Part shown: piece by piece, positions 32,291 to 41,899 of the stretch
Layout: the number at the start of each line of letters is the position of its first letter
Numbering within the stretch: position 1 is the first letter of the stretch
Notes under the pieces: model-generated
Told to the model about the DNA's origin: nothing
The model's input: only the letters and a program-made list of their open reading frames with translations
The model's database searches: none
Made by a program: the position numbers and the translations under genes
From: Bacillus subtilis subsp. subtilis str. 168
GTDB taxonomy: Bacteria; Bacillota; Bacilli; Bacillales; Bacillaceae
Direction of reading: 5' to 3'
Length of the DNA: 64,000 nt
Assembly (NCBI RefSeq): GCF_000009045.1
Contig: NC_000964.3
Span: 3,100,001-3,164,000, forward strand

Positions 32291-32318
32291 CACACATTTT
32301 TATACCCATCATACGATA
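32291..32318 (+). promoter_or_regulatory. Candidate mother-cell (sigK/sigE) promoter of ytlACD
   Basis: CACA-15-CATACGATA. Confidence 0.5.
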
Positions 32319-32369
32319 TGTAAAGCAAAAAAGGATATTAACTTGATGCGAAATAAGGAGGTTGTCTAT

Positions 32370-33374
32370 GTGAACAGATGGTTAAGGCTGGGCTTCGCCT
32401 GTGTCGGCAGTATCTTTCTGATGTTCGCCCTGGCGGCTTGCAAGCAGGAAGAAACGCTCACCAAAGTCAAAGTAGCTGAAGTGACCCATTCAATTTTTTA
32501 CGCACCTTTATATGTTGCTGAGTCTAAAGGTTTTTTTAAGGAAGAAGGGCTTGATGTCGATGTGAATACGACCTGGGGCGGAGATAAAACGATGACATCG
32601 CTTCTTTCCAACGGCTCCGACATCGCGCTTGTCGGGTCAGAAACATCTATTTATGTCGAAGCGCAAGGGGCTAAAGATCCCGTCATTAATTTCGCCCAGC
32701 TGACTCAGACAGACGGAACGTTTCTTGTCGCGAGAGAAGATGTTGAACACTTCGACTGGGATCAGCTGAAAGGAAAAACGTTTCTCGGTCAGCGAAAAGG
32801 CGGCATGCCGCAAATGGTCGGCGAGTATGTACTGAACAAACATAAGATTGACCCGCATAAGGATATAGACCTCATCCAGAACATAGACTTCGCCAATATT
32901 GCCAATGCGTTTGCTTCTGGAACCGGTGAGTATGTACAGCTCTTTGAACCGCAGGCTTCTCTCTTTGAGAAAAAAGGCATCGGCCATATCGTGGCTTCAT
33001 TCGGAGAAGAATCAGGAGAGGTTCCTTATACGACTTTTATGGCGAAACAAAGCTATTTGAAGAAAAATGAAGACACAGCCGTCAAGTTTACAAAAGCCAT
33101 TTATAAGGCGCAGCAGTGGGTTGAAAATCATTCTGCGAAGGACATCACAGATGCCATTAAAGATGAATTTGATGATACCGACCCAGACGTCATCGAAACA
33201 TCCATTGAACGCTATAAAAAACAGCATTCATATTCACCAGACCCTCTGCTTAACGAAAAAGAATGGGAGCTTCTCCAAACCATTATGGATAAATCGGGAG
33301 AACTGCCGAAGCACATTCCATACAATCAGCTTGTAAATAAAGAAATTGCTGAAAAAGTCACCTCGGAGAAATAG
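32370..33374 (+). CDS. ytlA: ABC substrate-binding lipoprotein (SsuA/THI5-like)
   Basis: Lipobox LAAC, THSIFYAPLYVA; GTG start with SD AAGGAGG; reading frame intact. Confidence 0.85.
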   Translation: MNRWLRLGFACVGSIFLMFALAACKQEETLTKVKVAEVTHSIFYAPLYVAESKGFFKEEGLDVDVNTTWGGDKTMTSLLSNGSDIALVGSETSIYVEAQGAKDPVINFAQLTQTDGTFLVAREDVEHFDWDQLKGKTFLGQRKGGMPQMVGEYVLNKHKIDPHKDIDLIQNIDFANIANAFASGTGEYVQLFEPQASLFEKKGIGHIVASFGEESGEVPYTTFMAKQSYLKKNEDTAVKFTKAIYKAQQWVENHSAKDITDAIKDEFDDTDPDVIETSIERYKKQHSYSPDPLLNEKEWELLQTIMDKSGELPKHIPYNQLVNKEIAEKVTSEK

Positions 33375-33386
33375 GAGGCGCCATCT

Positions 33387-34169
33387 ATGTCTTTCTTACA
33401 TGTCGACCATGTAACCCATACTTATTTTTCTATTAAAGAAAAAACAACGGCTGTGCGGGATATTCATTTCGATGCCGAAAAAGGCGATTTCATCTCATTT
33501 CTCGGCCCAAGCGGCTGCGGAAAAACAACATTGCTTTCCATTATTGCCGGTTTGATTGAGCCATCAGAAGGCAGAGTTCTGATTGAAGGCCGTGAGCCGA
33601 ATCAAAAAGAACATAATATTGGCTATATGCTTCAGCAGGATTACTTATTTCCCTGGAAATCTATCGAGGAAAATGTGCTTCTCGGTTTAAAAATCGCCGA
33701 CACGCTGACAGAAGAAAGCAAAGCCGCTGCACTCGGTCTATTGCCGGAGTTCGGCCTCATAGATGTGGAGAAAAAATATCCGAAAGAACTGTCAGGCGGG
33801 ATGCGCCAGCGGGCTGCGCTTGCAAGAACACTTGCGCCTAACCCTAGTCTGCTTTTGCTGGATGAGCCATTTTCCGCGCTTGATTTTCAGACAAAGCTGT
33901 CTTTGGAAAACCTGGTATTCCGCACATTAAAGGAATATCAAAAAACAGCAGTGCTTGTCACTCATGATATAGGGGAAGCGATAGCGATGAGCGATACGAT
34001 CTTTTTATTTTCAAATCAGCCGGGCACCATCCATCAGATTTTTACCATTCCTAAGGAATTGGCCGCGATGTTGCCTTTTGACGCCCGTCAGGAACCTTCC
34101 TTCCAGACACTGTTTCAAACGATATGGAAGGAGCTGAATTCTCTTGAGAAACAGCAAAGAAACCATTGA
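33387..34169 (+). CDS. ytlC: ABC ATPase (TauB/SsuB-like)
   Basis: [23 protein letters not shown]. Confidence 0.9.
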
Positions 34170-34956
34170 TCTGCTTCACGAGCAGTATCAATTCAAACAG
34201 AAAAAGGAAAAGTGGAAGGTCCATTCCTTTCAGCTTGCCATATTTATTCTCTTTTTCTCGGGCTGGGAAATCTCCAGCAGGCAGGGCTGGATCGATCCGC
34301 TGATCTTCAGCTCTCCATCAGCTGTGTGGCGATTATTGCTGGAGAAACTTGGTGACGGTTCTTTACTGTCACACATCGGCGTCACTTTATTTGAAACGGT
34401 GCTTGGCTTTTTGCTCGGGACGTTTATGGGCACGTGCCTAGCCGCTTTGTTATGGTGGTCTAACCGACTTGCCAGAATTTTAGATCCGTATCTTGTGATT
34501 TTGAACGCAATGCCGAAAGTGGCCCTGGGCCCGATCCTGATTGTCGCGCTCGGTCCCAGTTTTATCAGCATCATTGCGATGGGAGCCATCATCAGCGTCA
34601 TTATCACAACCATCGTTGTCTACACCGCCTTCCAAGAGGTCGACGAAAACTATACGAAAGTCATGAAAACATTCGGCGCAAAAAAGTGGGTTATTTTTAA
34701 AGAAGTCATACTGCCTGCATCCTCCCCCGCGATTATTTCAACACTAAAAGTGAACGTCGGTTTATCATGGGTTGGCGTTATTGTAGGGGAATTCCTCGTT
34801 TCGAAGGTCGGATTAGGATATATGATTATTTACGGATTCCAAGTCTTCAATTTTACACTCGTCTTCTTAAGCCTGCTGATCATCGCCATCTTCGCCACTC
34901 TGATGTATCAGGGCGTCGAGCTGCTGGAAAAGAAATGGACGAAGGGGAGGACATAA
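34144..34956 (+). CDS. ytlD: ABC permease (TauC/SsuC-like)
   Basis: Multi-TM, EAA-like KTFGAK, VIVGEFL; TTG start with SD GGAAGGAG. Confidence 0.88.
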
Positions 34957-34984
34957 AAAACCCGGCACATGTGCCGGGTTTTTT
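34955..34984. terminator. Bidirectional terminator ytlD/ytkD
   Basis: Perfect 30-bp palindrome AAAAAACCCGGCACATGTGCCGGGTTTTTT touching both stop codons. Confidence 0.92.
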
Positions 34985-35459
34985 ATTCAATCCATCCAGA
35001 TTCTTTCAGTTTTTTCAAGCTGATCGGAAGAACGGAATCCTTCATAATAAAGCTGAATTTTTTATTGCGGGAAAGGTTCTCCGGCAGCTCGTGAAACAAA
35101 ACCGGGCCTTTCGTTTCAAAGTAATCAGCCTGCTTTTCAAGCTTTTCTATATCTGCAAAATATATATTTTTTACAATCACTTTTTCTTTTCCGAGAACTT
35201 TATACTGTCCGAGATACTTGAGGCTTTTGACTCTCGCGCCCGTCTCTTCCTTTACTTCCCGGAGCGCAGCCTCTTCTGCGCACTCCATCGGCTCTACTTT
35301 CCCGCCTGGAAACTCATAGCCTCTGTCCTCATGTTCTGTTAAAAGCCATTTGCCGCCAAAACGGCAAATCACCCAGACATGCTTCGGGCTGTCCGAGAAA
35401 GGCTGATCGTCAAAGGAAAGCTGAACAGTATTCTGATAATAATCTTTAAACTCGTACAT
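34983..35459 (-). CDS. rppH: Nudix hydrolase, RNA 5'-pyrophosphohydrolase (YtkD/MutTA)
   Basis: Nudix box GGKVEPMECAEEAALREVKEETG; 158 aa. Confidence 0.88.
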   Translation of the reverse strand: MYEFKDYYQNTVQLSFDDQPFSDSPKHVWVICRFGGKWLLTEHEDRGYEFPGGKVEPMECAEEAALREVKEETGARVKSLKYLGQYKVLGKEKVIVKNIYFADIEKLEKQADYFETKGPVLFHELPENLSRNKKFSFIMKDSVLPISLKKLKESGWIE

Positions 35460-35667
35460 GTTTATCCCTCAAATCCGTTCCTAGCTATCTTCCATACATC
35501 ATACCACAGTTACGTTTCTTCGGAAGCCTTTTATCAAAAAATAAGGGAAACCCAGCACGCCGTCAGGTTCTGCATGCAGACTAGCTCGTACAGTTTTTTT
35601 GCGATACTTTTGCCGGAAAGTGCGACCGACGCTCTGGGCTTTATTATGACCCGCGAACAGGGAAAAG

Positions 35668-36072
35668 TTACGGTTTGCGCTTAAATTTATTTTTTAACGT
35701 TTCTAAAAGATCGACAAGCATCTGAGGAACCGGTATGCCAAGAGAGCTGGCTGTCACAACAATTTGCACAGATTCATAAAGAATATAAAACATAATAGCC
35801 AAGTCACGAATTGATCCCTGTGTATTCAGCAGCTGATCAAAAAAGTGGCATACAGAGATCAGAGCCAGCGTGACTAATTTTTTGACAAGCCGGGCAAATA
35901 CCTTTTTAAATGACAGTTTGTGAATAATGGTTTCCTTCAAAGTCGTACTGATAAATTCAATTGCCATAAGAGAGAGCAAAATCAGAAATGAATACTGAAA
36001 ACCTCCAAAGAAAAAACCCGCTGCTGAAACGCTGACTGCTAAAAACGAAAAGATGCCAAAGTCTCTATCCAT
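35668..36072 (-). CDS. ytkC: Holin-like membrane protein (phage holin 4-1 type)
   Basis: 134 aa, 3 TM, family-like motifs KKLVTL..HFFDQ and FYILYESVQI..LGIPVP. Confidence 0.75.
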   Translation of the reverse strand: MDRDFGIFSFLAVSVSAAGFFFGGFQYSFLILLSLMAIEFISTTLKETIIHKLSFKKVFARLVKKLVTLALISVCHFFDQLLNTQGSIRDLAIMFYILYESVQIVVTASSLGIPVPQMLVDLLETLKNKFKRKP

Positions 36073-36184
36073 TTATCCCAACATCCTTTCACAGAAACGG
36101 CCTTACGATATTCTATGGTAAACAAGCCGAACGGATTGGATTTTTCAGAAAAATGGACTGGTTGTCGCCTATTTTTCAGATACA

Positions 36185-36221
36185 AAAAGAAAAGCCGGAC
36201 GTCTTTTTTAAGACATCCGGC
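36185..36221 (-). terminator. dps terminator
   Basis: GCCGGATGTCTT-aaaa-AAGACGTCCGGC then TTTTCTTTT on the minus strand. Confidence 0.8.
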
Positions 36222-36237
36222 CGTTCTATTTTTGAAC

Positions 36238-36675
36238 TTAACCTAGGTAAGCTTTTAGCATCCAGTTATGTTTTTCAATATTTTGATGGATCGCAAGAAG
36301 CATGTCCCCTGTTGTTTCGTCACCGACTTCATCAGCTAAATCCATGCCGTTTTTCAGCTCTTCCGCGATGACTGTGAAATCATCATATACGCTTTGAACC
36401 ATTTGTTCAGCTGTTTCATTTCCAGCAGCTTCTTTGACAGAAGCCGTTTCTAAGGATTCCTTCATTGTTGCAATCGGTTTTCCGTTCAGCGCCAAAAGAC
36501 GTTCTGCTAAGTCATCAATATAAGTTGCTGTTTCGTTGTACAGCTCCTCAAACTTTTCATGAAGAGTGAAGAAATCTTTCCCTTTCACATACCAGTGATA
36601 ATTATGTAGTTTCACATACATGACCGTCCAGTTGGCTACTTGTTTGTTCACTGCTTGAATCAATTGTTCTGACAT
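36238..36675 (-). CDS. dps: Dps mini-ferritin, general stress protein
   Basis: [28 protein letters not shown] ferroxidase motifs. Confidence 0.95.
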   Translation of the reverse strand: MSEQLIQAVNKQVANWTVMYVKLHNYHWYVKGKDFFTLHEKFEELYNETATYIDDLAERLLALNGKPIATMKESLETASVKEAAGNETAEQMVQSVYDDFTVIAEELKNGMDLADEVGDETTGDMLLAIHQNIEKHNWMLKAYLG

Positions 36676-36704
36676 GGTATCTCCTCCTTGTTATATGACT
36701 ATGT

Positions 36705-36730
36705 ATACCCTTAATATCGTACGCTAAAAC
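36705..36730 (-). promoter_or_regulatory. sigB promoter of dps
   Basis: GTTTTA-14-GGGTAT. Confidence 0.85.
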
Positions 36731-36747
36731 CTCTTTTTTACCCTTAT

Positions 36748-36777
36748 CTGTCACGATTTCTTCTATTATGCTACAAT
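36748..36777 (+). promoter_or_regulatory. Candidate sigA promoter of ytzI
   Basis: CTGTCA-18-TACAAT with TG extension. Confidence 0.55.
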
Positions 36778-36803
36778 TGTTAAAAAACGGGAGGTGGAAT
36801 GTC

Positions 36804-36944
36804 ATGACGCTTCTCATTACGATAAGTATTTTGATTGTGCTGGCTGTTTTGCTTGTAACCATTTGGACGACTGTAAAAGCCTATAATGTAAAGCATACCA
36901 TTGATCCACCACAAGAAAATCACTCTGATTCACACAATCAATGA
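36804..36944 (+). CDS. ytzI: 46-aa single-pass membrane peptide (not in the ORF track)
   Basis: [46 protein letters not shown]; SD GGGAGG. Confidence 0.8.
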
Positions 36945-37375
36945 TGATGTGAATGCTCCTCTTCTGACTGATTGCTGGCAGCATCGGCGTCTCCGACTTG
37001 GACTTTTAAGGTCGGCATGCTATGCTGTTTTTTTGCTGTGACATGAGATTGGACAGTGTATACACCATCTTCCTTAAACGTCGTTTCCAATCGGTATACG
37101 CCTTTTTCTTGTTTCACCTTAAACATTTGGCTTGCGTCTTTTTCCCCTTCTTTCCATACTTCAAACTCTACTTCATCGGCATCCGTCACAGCTTCATCAC
37201 CATATGATACAGCTGCTTCATAAGCAGCGCTTTCTCCGGGATTTACTTTTTCAGGCCCGGTCAGCTTGACATCCAAAACCTCGGGCGTCTCAGCTGTATT
37301 TGCTTTACTTTCACCAGATCCGCATCCATTAAGCAATAAAGCAGAAAAAAGCAGAACAACCAACATCTTTTTCAT
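36938..37375 (-). CDS. ytkA: Lipoprotein with YtkA/FixH-like domain (CtaK, cytochrome caa3 assembly)
   Basis: Lipobox LLNGC, VQSHV...HSM, C-terminal EHSHHH. Confidence 0.82.
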
Positions 37376-37407
37376 GCCATCACCCTTTCATCGTTTACCT
37401 AAATAGT

Positions 37408-37421
37408 AGCAAACGCTTACA
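37408..37421 (-). promoter_or_regulatory. CcpA cre site over the ytkA promoter
   Basis: TGTAAGCGTTTGCT matches TGWAARCGYTWNCW and abuts TGnTACTAT. Confidence 0.75.
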
Positions 37422-37451
37422 GCAAATGGTACACAAAATATGAGACGTCAC

Positions 37452-37485
37452 AAAAAAGACCTTTTTGCTTAAGCGCAAAAAGGTC
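37452..37485 (-). terminator. luxS terminator
   Basis: GACCTTTTTGC-6nt-GCAAAAAGGTC plus a U-tract on the minus strand. Confidence 0.8.
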
Positions 37486-37494
37486 CTTTCTATT

Positions 37495-37968
37495 TTAGCC
37501 AAATACTTTTAGCAATTCTTCTTTATCCTGTGAAAGCCAGAAACGCATTAAACGTTTAGCGCCTTCCAGATCATGAAGCTTCGCTTGGCCGCACTGCTTT
37601 TCATTCGCAGCAGGTATTTCTGTAATCTCTACCGCTTCCTTCATTGTGTCTTCAAGCAGATCAACGATTTCCGCTGATGTCGGCTCTCCGCTCACAACTA
37701 GATAATAGCCTGTCTGGCAGCCCATTGGAGAAATATCAATGATATCAAAATGATCGTATTTCTCAGCGTGAGAACGAATCGTAAACGCGAGCAAATGCTC
37801 GAGTGTGTGAATGGTGTCAGGCTTCATCGCCTGTTTATTTGGCTGGCAAAAACGAATGTCAAATTTATTTACAACGCCGTCTGTTCCCACTTTATGCACG
37901 CCGCAATGTCTTACATATGGAGCAACAACCGCATTATGATCAAGCTCAAAACTTTCTACTGAAGGCAT
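37495..37968 (-). CDS. luxS: S-ribosylhomocysteine lyase (AI-2 synthase)
   Basis: [15 protein letters not shown] motif; 157 aa. Confidence 0.97.
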
Positions 37969-38096
37969 AATGGCACTCTCCCCTTTTTTAAAAATGTAAT
38001 TTCATTATAACATACTTTTCCGATAAGAATTATTGATTAACTTTTCAATCTGTGTTTTTTTTCTTATACTTGCATCAGAAAGGTTGCTGAAGAAAC

Positions 38097-38324
38097 ATGA
38101 AAACCCTATTCATCGCTCTGATCAGAGGATATCAAAAATTCATCTCGCCCCTGACACCGCCAACGTGCCGCTTTTATCCGACCTGTTCCCAATATGGAAT
38201 CGAAGCGATTAAAACACATGGCGCTTTAAAAGGCGGATGGCTGACAATCAAACGGATTTTGAAATGCCACCCGTTCCATCCGGGAGGAGTCGATCCCGTT
38301 CCTGAAAAGAAACAAAAACATTAA
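38097..38324 (+). CDS. ytjA: Membrane protein insertion efficiency factor YidD
   Basis: [30 protein letters not shown] family signature. Confidence 0.9.
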   Translation: MKTLFIALIRGYQKFISPLTPPTCRFYPTCSQYGIEAIKTHGALKGGWLTIKRILKCHPFHPGGVDPVPEKKQKH

Positions 38325-38884
38325 TTGTTATAACCGTTTACGATAAGATCCAGTTTTCCGGTTTTAGGATCAATGACTAAGCCATGGACCGGAACGTTTT
38401 CAGGGAACAGCGGGTGATGTTTAATAACATCTACGCTGTCTTTCACACTCGCTTCCACTGAATCAAAGCTTTTAAACCATTGATCAAAGTCTACACCGGA
38501 GTACTTTATTGTTTCGATGCGTTCTTCCGGAATCCCTCTTGCTTTGATTTTTTCAAGCATGCTTTTGCTGCTGATTTTGCTCATGCCGCAATCGTGATGC
38601 CCGATCACACACACCTCATCTGCATTCAGCTCGTACACTGCGACGAGTATACTTCTCATGATGCTTCCGAATGGGTGTGTCACAAGCGCACCGGCACTTT
38701 TAATGATTTTCACATCACCGTTTCGCAAATTCATCGCATGCGGCAGCAGTTCAACCAGACGAGTATCCATGCAAGAAAGAATCGCCATTTTTTTATCTGG
38801 AAATTTTGATGTTTGATACTTTTCATACTCTCTTTGTTCAGTAAATGTCTTGTTAAATTCGAGAATATCATTTAGAAGACTCAT
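38321..38884 (-). CDS. ytiB: Beta-class carbonic anhydrase
   Basis: Zn ligands SCMDTR and GHHDCG. Confidence 0.88.
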   Translation of the reverse strand: MSLLNDILEFNKTFTEQREYEKYQTSKFPDKKMAILSCMDTRLVELLPHAMNLRNGDVKIIKSAGALVTHPFGSIMRSILVAVYELNADEVCVIGHHDCGMSKISSKSMLEKIKARGIPEERIETIKYSGVDFDQWFKSFDSVEASVKDSVDVIKHHPLFPENVPVHGLVIDPKTGKLDLIVNGYNN

Positions 38885-38950
38885 GTTCGTTGTCCCTTTC
38901 TATTCTTTTTACTCTTCAATATATCACAACCCTTGTTTATTCGTCATAAT

Positions 38951-38977
38951 AAAAAAAGACAAACCCTCAGGCCTGCC
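38951..38977 (-). terminator. rpmE2 terminator (G-U rich, strand-specific)
   Basis: GGCAGGCC-tgag-GGTTTGTC plus U7; three G-U pairs form only on the minus strand. Confidence 0.7.
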
Positions 38978-39226
38978 TTATTTCCCCATGTTATAGCGTT
39001 TTTTGAACTGCTCAACTCGTCCGCCTTTTTCATTGAATTTCTGGCGGCCTGTATAAAACGGATGCGTGTCAGAGCTTACCTCTACTTTAATGACAGGATA
39101 TGTGTTTCCGTCCTCCCACTCTGCTGTTTCATTAGATGTTTTCGTAGAGGTGCTTAGAAAACGGTAGCCGCTGTTGACATCCTGAAATATCACTTTGTGG
39201 TTCTTTGGATGAATTCCTTCTTTCAT
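38978..39226 (-). CDS. rpmE2: 50S ribosomal protein L31 type B (zinc-free paralog)
   Basis: MKEGIHP...[10 protein letters not shown]; no Cys residues. Confidence 0.95.
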   Translation of the reverse strand: MKEGIHPKNHKVIFQDVNSGYRFLSTSTKTSNETAEWEDGNTYPVIKVEVSSDTHPFYTGRQKFNEKGGRVEQFKKRYNMGK

Positions 39227-39243
39227 GGGTATCTCCTTTCAAT

Positions 39244-39264
39244 AAATCGTAATAATTACGTTTT
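39244..39264. promoter_or_regulatory. Zur box
   Basis: AAATCGTAAT-A-ATTACGTTTT, just downstream of the -10. Confidence 0.9.
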
Positions 39265-39293
39265 ATTTTATAACCTTACAAACGTTTTGTCAA
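39265..39293 (-). promoter_or_regulatory. sigA promoter of rpmE2
   Basis: TTGACA-17-TAAAAT. Confidence 0.85.
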
Positions 39294-39430
39294 TCTTCTT
39301 ATATCCTTCCCTCTGTTTCACATCGTAAACCTCATGGCATTTAAGAATAGGAAGAATAATCTAACCGAGGAAGCAAATAATAAACCCAAAATACATACAG
39401 AACGTCTTTTTGGAAAGGTGGTTTACGATT

Positions 39431-40762
39431 GTGGATGATTTAGTTTTGGCCAGAAGCCTTTTTGGCACGACGATGGGCTTTCATATCATTTTCGCAACAC
39501 TTGGAGTCGGTCTGCCGCTCATGATTTTAGTGGCGGAATTGATCTATCAAAAAACGAAAGATGACCATTATGCGATCATGGCGAAAAGATGGACGAAAGC
39601 ACAAGCCGTTTTGCTGGGGGTCGCCATACCGACCGGAACGATCGCGGGCACTCAGCTCGCGCTTTTATGGCCGGGATTTATGGAAGTCATCGGCCGGGTG
39701 ATGTCCCTGCCATTTCAAATTGAAATCTATGCTTTTTTTGTTGAAGCCCTATTCATGTCGATTTATGTATACGCTGCAGACCGTTTGTCACCTGCAATGA
39801 GGATTGTTGCTGTTTTCTTTGTGTTAGTCGGGGCAGCAGCATCCGCTGTTCTGATCACGAATGTTCACGCTTTTGAAGGTACGCCCGCCGGTTTTAAAAT
39901 TTTAAACGGAAAAATTACAGATGTTGACCCGTGGGCTGCGTTTTTTAATCCTAGCTTTTTTATCACTGCCGGCCATGTCGTGCTGTCCGCGTTTATGACT
40001 GGTGCGTTTATCGTGGCTTCTGTTGCGGCGTATAAAATGATCCGAACGAGGAAAAAGGAAAGGGTCTATCGCTTTCACCGGAAAGCCCTTTTGCTCGCAC
40101 TGACGATCGGCGGTATTTTTTCATTGCTGACCGCTTTGAACGGACACGAATCTGCACAGATGCTGTACGAATACCAGCCCGAAAAATTAGCCGGTGCGGA
40201 AGGCCTATTTGAAACAAGATCCCACGCCCCGCTCGCTATCGGCGGTTTTACCGACCCGAATGAAGAAAAAGTAAAATGGGCAATCGAGATTCCATGGGCT
40301 TTAAGCTTTTTGGCAGCGAACCGTTTTGACACTGTTGTAAAAGGATTAAATGCATTTCCGAGAGATGAATGGCCGCCGCTTTTCATTCACACGCTGTTTA
40401 ATGCGATGGTTGGTGTAGGCATGCTGCTAATTCTTTATTCCATTATCGGTGTGGTCTGGAGAAAGGTGCTCAAGAAAGACCGTTTCCCAACGTGGCTTTT
40501 GATCATTTTCATGACAGCAGGCCCTTTTAGTCTCATCGGCATTGAATTCGGCTGGATTTTCGCATGTACGGGGAGGCAGCCTTGGGTCATCTATCATCTG
40601 CTGAAAACGTCAGATGTCGTAACAACGACTGGCTCGATCGGGGTGCTGTTCTTATTTTTCACATTTGTTTATGCCGTGTTAGGCGCAGCTGTCGTCTACG
40701 TGCTGCTGTATTATTTCCGCAAGCACCCGGTTGACGAAGATTTAAATACAGCGGAGTCGTAA
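39431..40762 (+). CDS. ythA: Cytochrome bd-type quinol oxidase subunit I
   Basis: GFHIIFA (heme His), GHVVLSA, YQPEKLAGAEG, GRQPW; GTG start after SD GGAAAGGTGG. Confidence 0.9.
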   Translation: MDDLVLARSLFGTTMGFHIIFATLGVGLPLMILVAELIYQKTKDDHYAIMAKRWTKAQAVLLGVAIPTGTIAGTQLALLWPGFMEVIGRVMSLPFQIEIYAFFVEALFMSIYVYAADRLSPAMRIVAVFFVLVGAAASAVLITNVHAFEGTPAGFKILNGKITDVDPWAAFFNPSFFITAGHVVLSAFMTGAFIVASVAAYKMIRTRKKERVYRFHRKALLLALTIGGIFSLLTALNGHESAQMLYEYQPEKLAGAEGLFETRSHAPLAIGGFTDPNEEKVKWAIEIPWALSFLAANRFDTVVKGLNAFPRDEWPPLFIHTLFNAMVGVGMLLILYSIIGVVWRKVLKKDRFPTWLLIIFMTAGPFSLIGIEFGWIFACTGRQPWVIYHLLKTSDVVTTTGSIGVLFLFFTFVYAVLGAAVVYVLLYYFRKHPVDEDLNTAES

Positions 40763-40805
40763 TGGCTCCGCAAACAGGAAACCAAATGGAAGGAAGATCG
40801 TACAA

Positions 40806-41846
40806 ATGGAGATTTCAACTGACGCTCTGATCGCCATCTCAATTATCTGGGGCTTTGTGTTTATTTACGCCGTCATGGCGACAATGGATTTTGGAGCGGG
40901 ATTTTGGTCTATGATCTATTTAAACAAGGAGCATATGAAGGCCACCGATATTGCGAATCGCTTTTTGTCCCCGACTTGGGAGGTCACAAACGTCTTTATT
41001 GTGGCCATCGTCGTGGCGCTTTTCAGTTTTTTCCCCGGCGCGACATTTGTGCTCGGCACCGTTTTATTAATTCCCGGAAGCATGATTTTGCTGCTTTTAG
41101 CAATTCGAAGCGGATTTCTCGTGTTTTCAAATACAGCAAAGGAGCGGAAAACGCTAAGATATATTTCCGGCATCTCCGGCTTTATCATTCCTGCTATTTT
41201 AATTTTGGTGCTTCCTGTGACACACGGAGGGTTTATAGAAAAAACGGATGGAATCTATAACTTAAATATGTCTAAAATCTTTTCAAGCCCCAACGCCTAT
41301 TCATTTATCGGGTTTGCGATTTTAAGCACCTTATTTTTGTCCTCGCTGTTGCTTGCAGATTTTTCAAATGTGGCAGAGGAACAGGATGCGTACCGAGCCT
41401 ACAGAAAAAGCGCCCTGATTACCGGCCCGATTTCACTGTTGTTTGCTGTATGCATTATGGTAACTATGCGGAATGAAGCAAACTGGCTGTACAGCGGAAT
41501 GATGAATGATTTTTCTTGGATTATTGCATCGTTCATTACATTTGTCATTGCTGGAATCGCTCTTTTTCTGCCTAACAAAAGCTTTGGTCAAAACATCGGA
41601 AAACCGCGTCTCGCACTTGTTGCGATTGGGATACAGTATTTTCTCGCAAGCTACGCGTACGGGCGGGCGCATCTTCCGTATATGATTTATCCCGATGTGA
41701 CAGTCATGTCAGGCTTCACAGAGCCAGCAACGTTCAGAGCGCTGTTTGCAACGTATATCGTTGCATTTATCATTCTATTTCCGGGCTTCTTTTTCTTCTG
41801 GAAAATGTTTATGCGAGATAAACGCTATATCCGCCAGGAGGAATAG
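40806..41846 (+). CDS. ythB: Cytochrome bd-type quinol oxidase subunit II
   Basis: MDFGAG, SPTWEVTNVF (CydB W-x-x-N-x-x-W-like motif), multi-TM. Confidence 0.88.
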   Translation: MEISTDALIAISIIWGFVFIYAVMATMDFGAGFWSMIYLNKEHMKATDIANRFLSPTWEVTNVFIVAIVVALFSFFPGATFVLGTVLLIPGSMILLLLAIRSGFLVFSNTAKERKTLRYISGISGFIIPAILILVLPVTHGGFIEKTDGIYNLNMSKIFSSPNAYSFIGFAILSTLFLSSLLLADFSNVAEEQDAYRAYRKSALITGPISLLFAVCIMVTMRNEANWLYSGMMNDFSWIIASFITFVIAGIALFLPNKSFGQNIGKPRLALVAIGIQYFLASYAYGRAHLPYMIYPDVTVMSGFTEPATFRALFATYIVAFIILFPGFFFFWKMFMRDKRYIRQEE

Positions 41847-41870
41847 AGGGCAAGCCAGCCGGCTATACTA
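41841..41870 (+). promoter_or_regulatory. Candidate forespore (sigF/sigG) promoter of ytzL
   Basis: GAATA-15-GGCTATACTA fits G(H)ATA-N15-GGNNANAHTR. Confidence 0.6.
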
Positions 41871-41899
41871 ATCCAGAACCTTTATAAGGAGGGGATGGC

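Noticed and set aside
32370-33374. Possible ytlA/ytlB frameshift pseudogene
   Set aside because: The reading frame is continuous here (334 aa).
34767-35342. 191-aa plus-strand ORF spanning the ytlD end and antisense to rppH
   Set aside because: Crosses a perfect bidirectional terminator, has no SD and no protein-like motifs.
35668-36072. Prophage remnant around the ytkC holin
   Set aside because: No integrase, endolysin, att-like repeats or other phage genes; neighbours are core genes.
38885-38977. Zur co-regulation of ytiB through an rpmE2-ytiB operon
   Set aside because: A G-U-rich terminator with U7 follows rpmE2, and ytiB has its own TGTGA-TATATT element (38918-38928); only partial read-through is possible.
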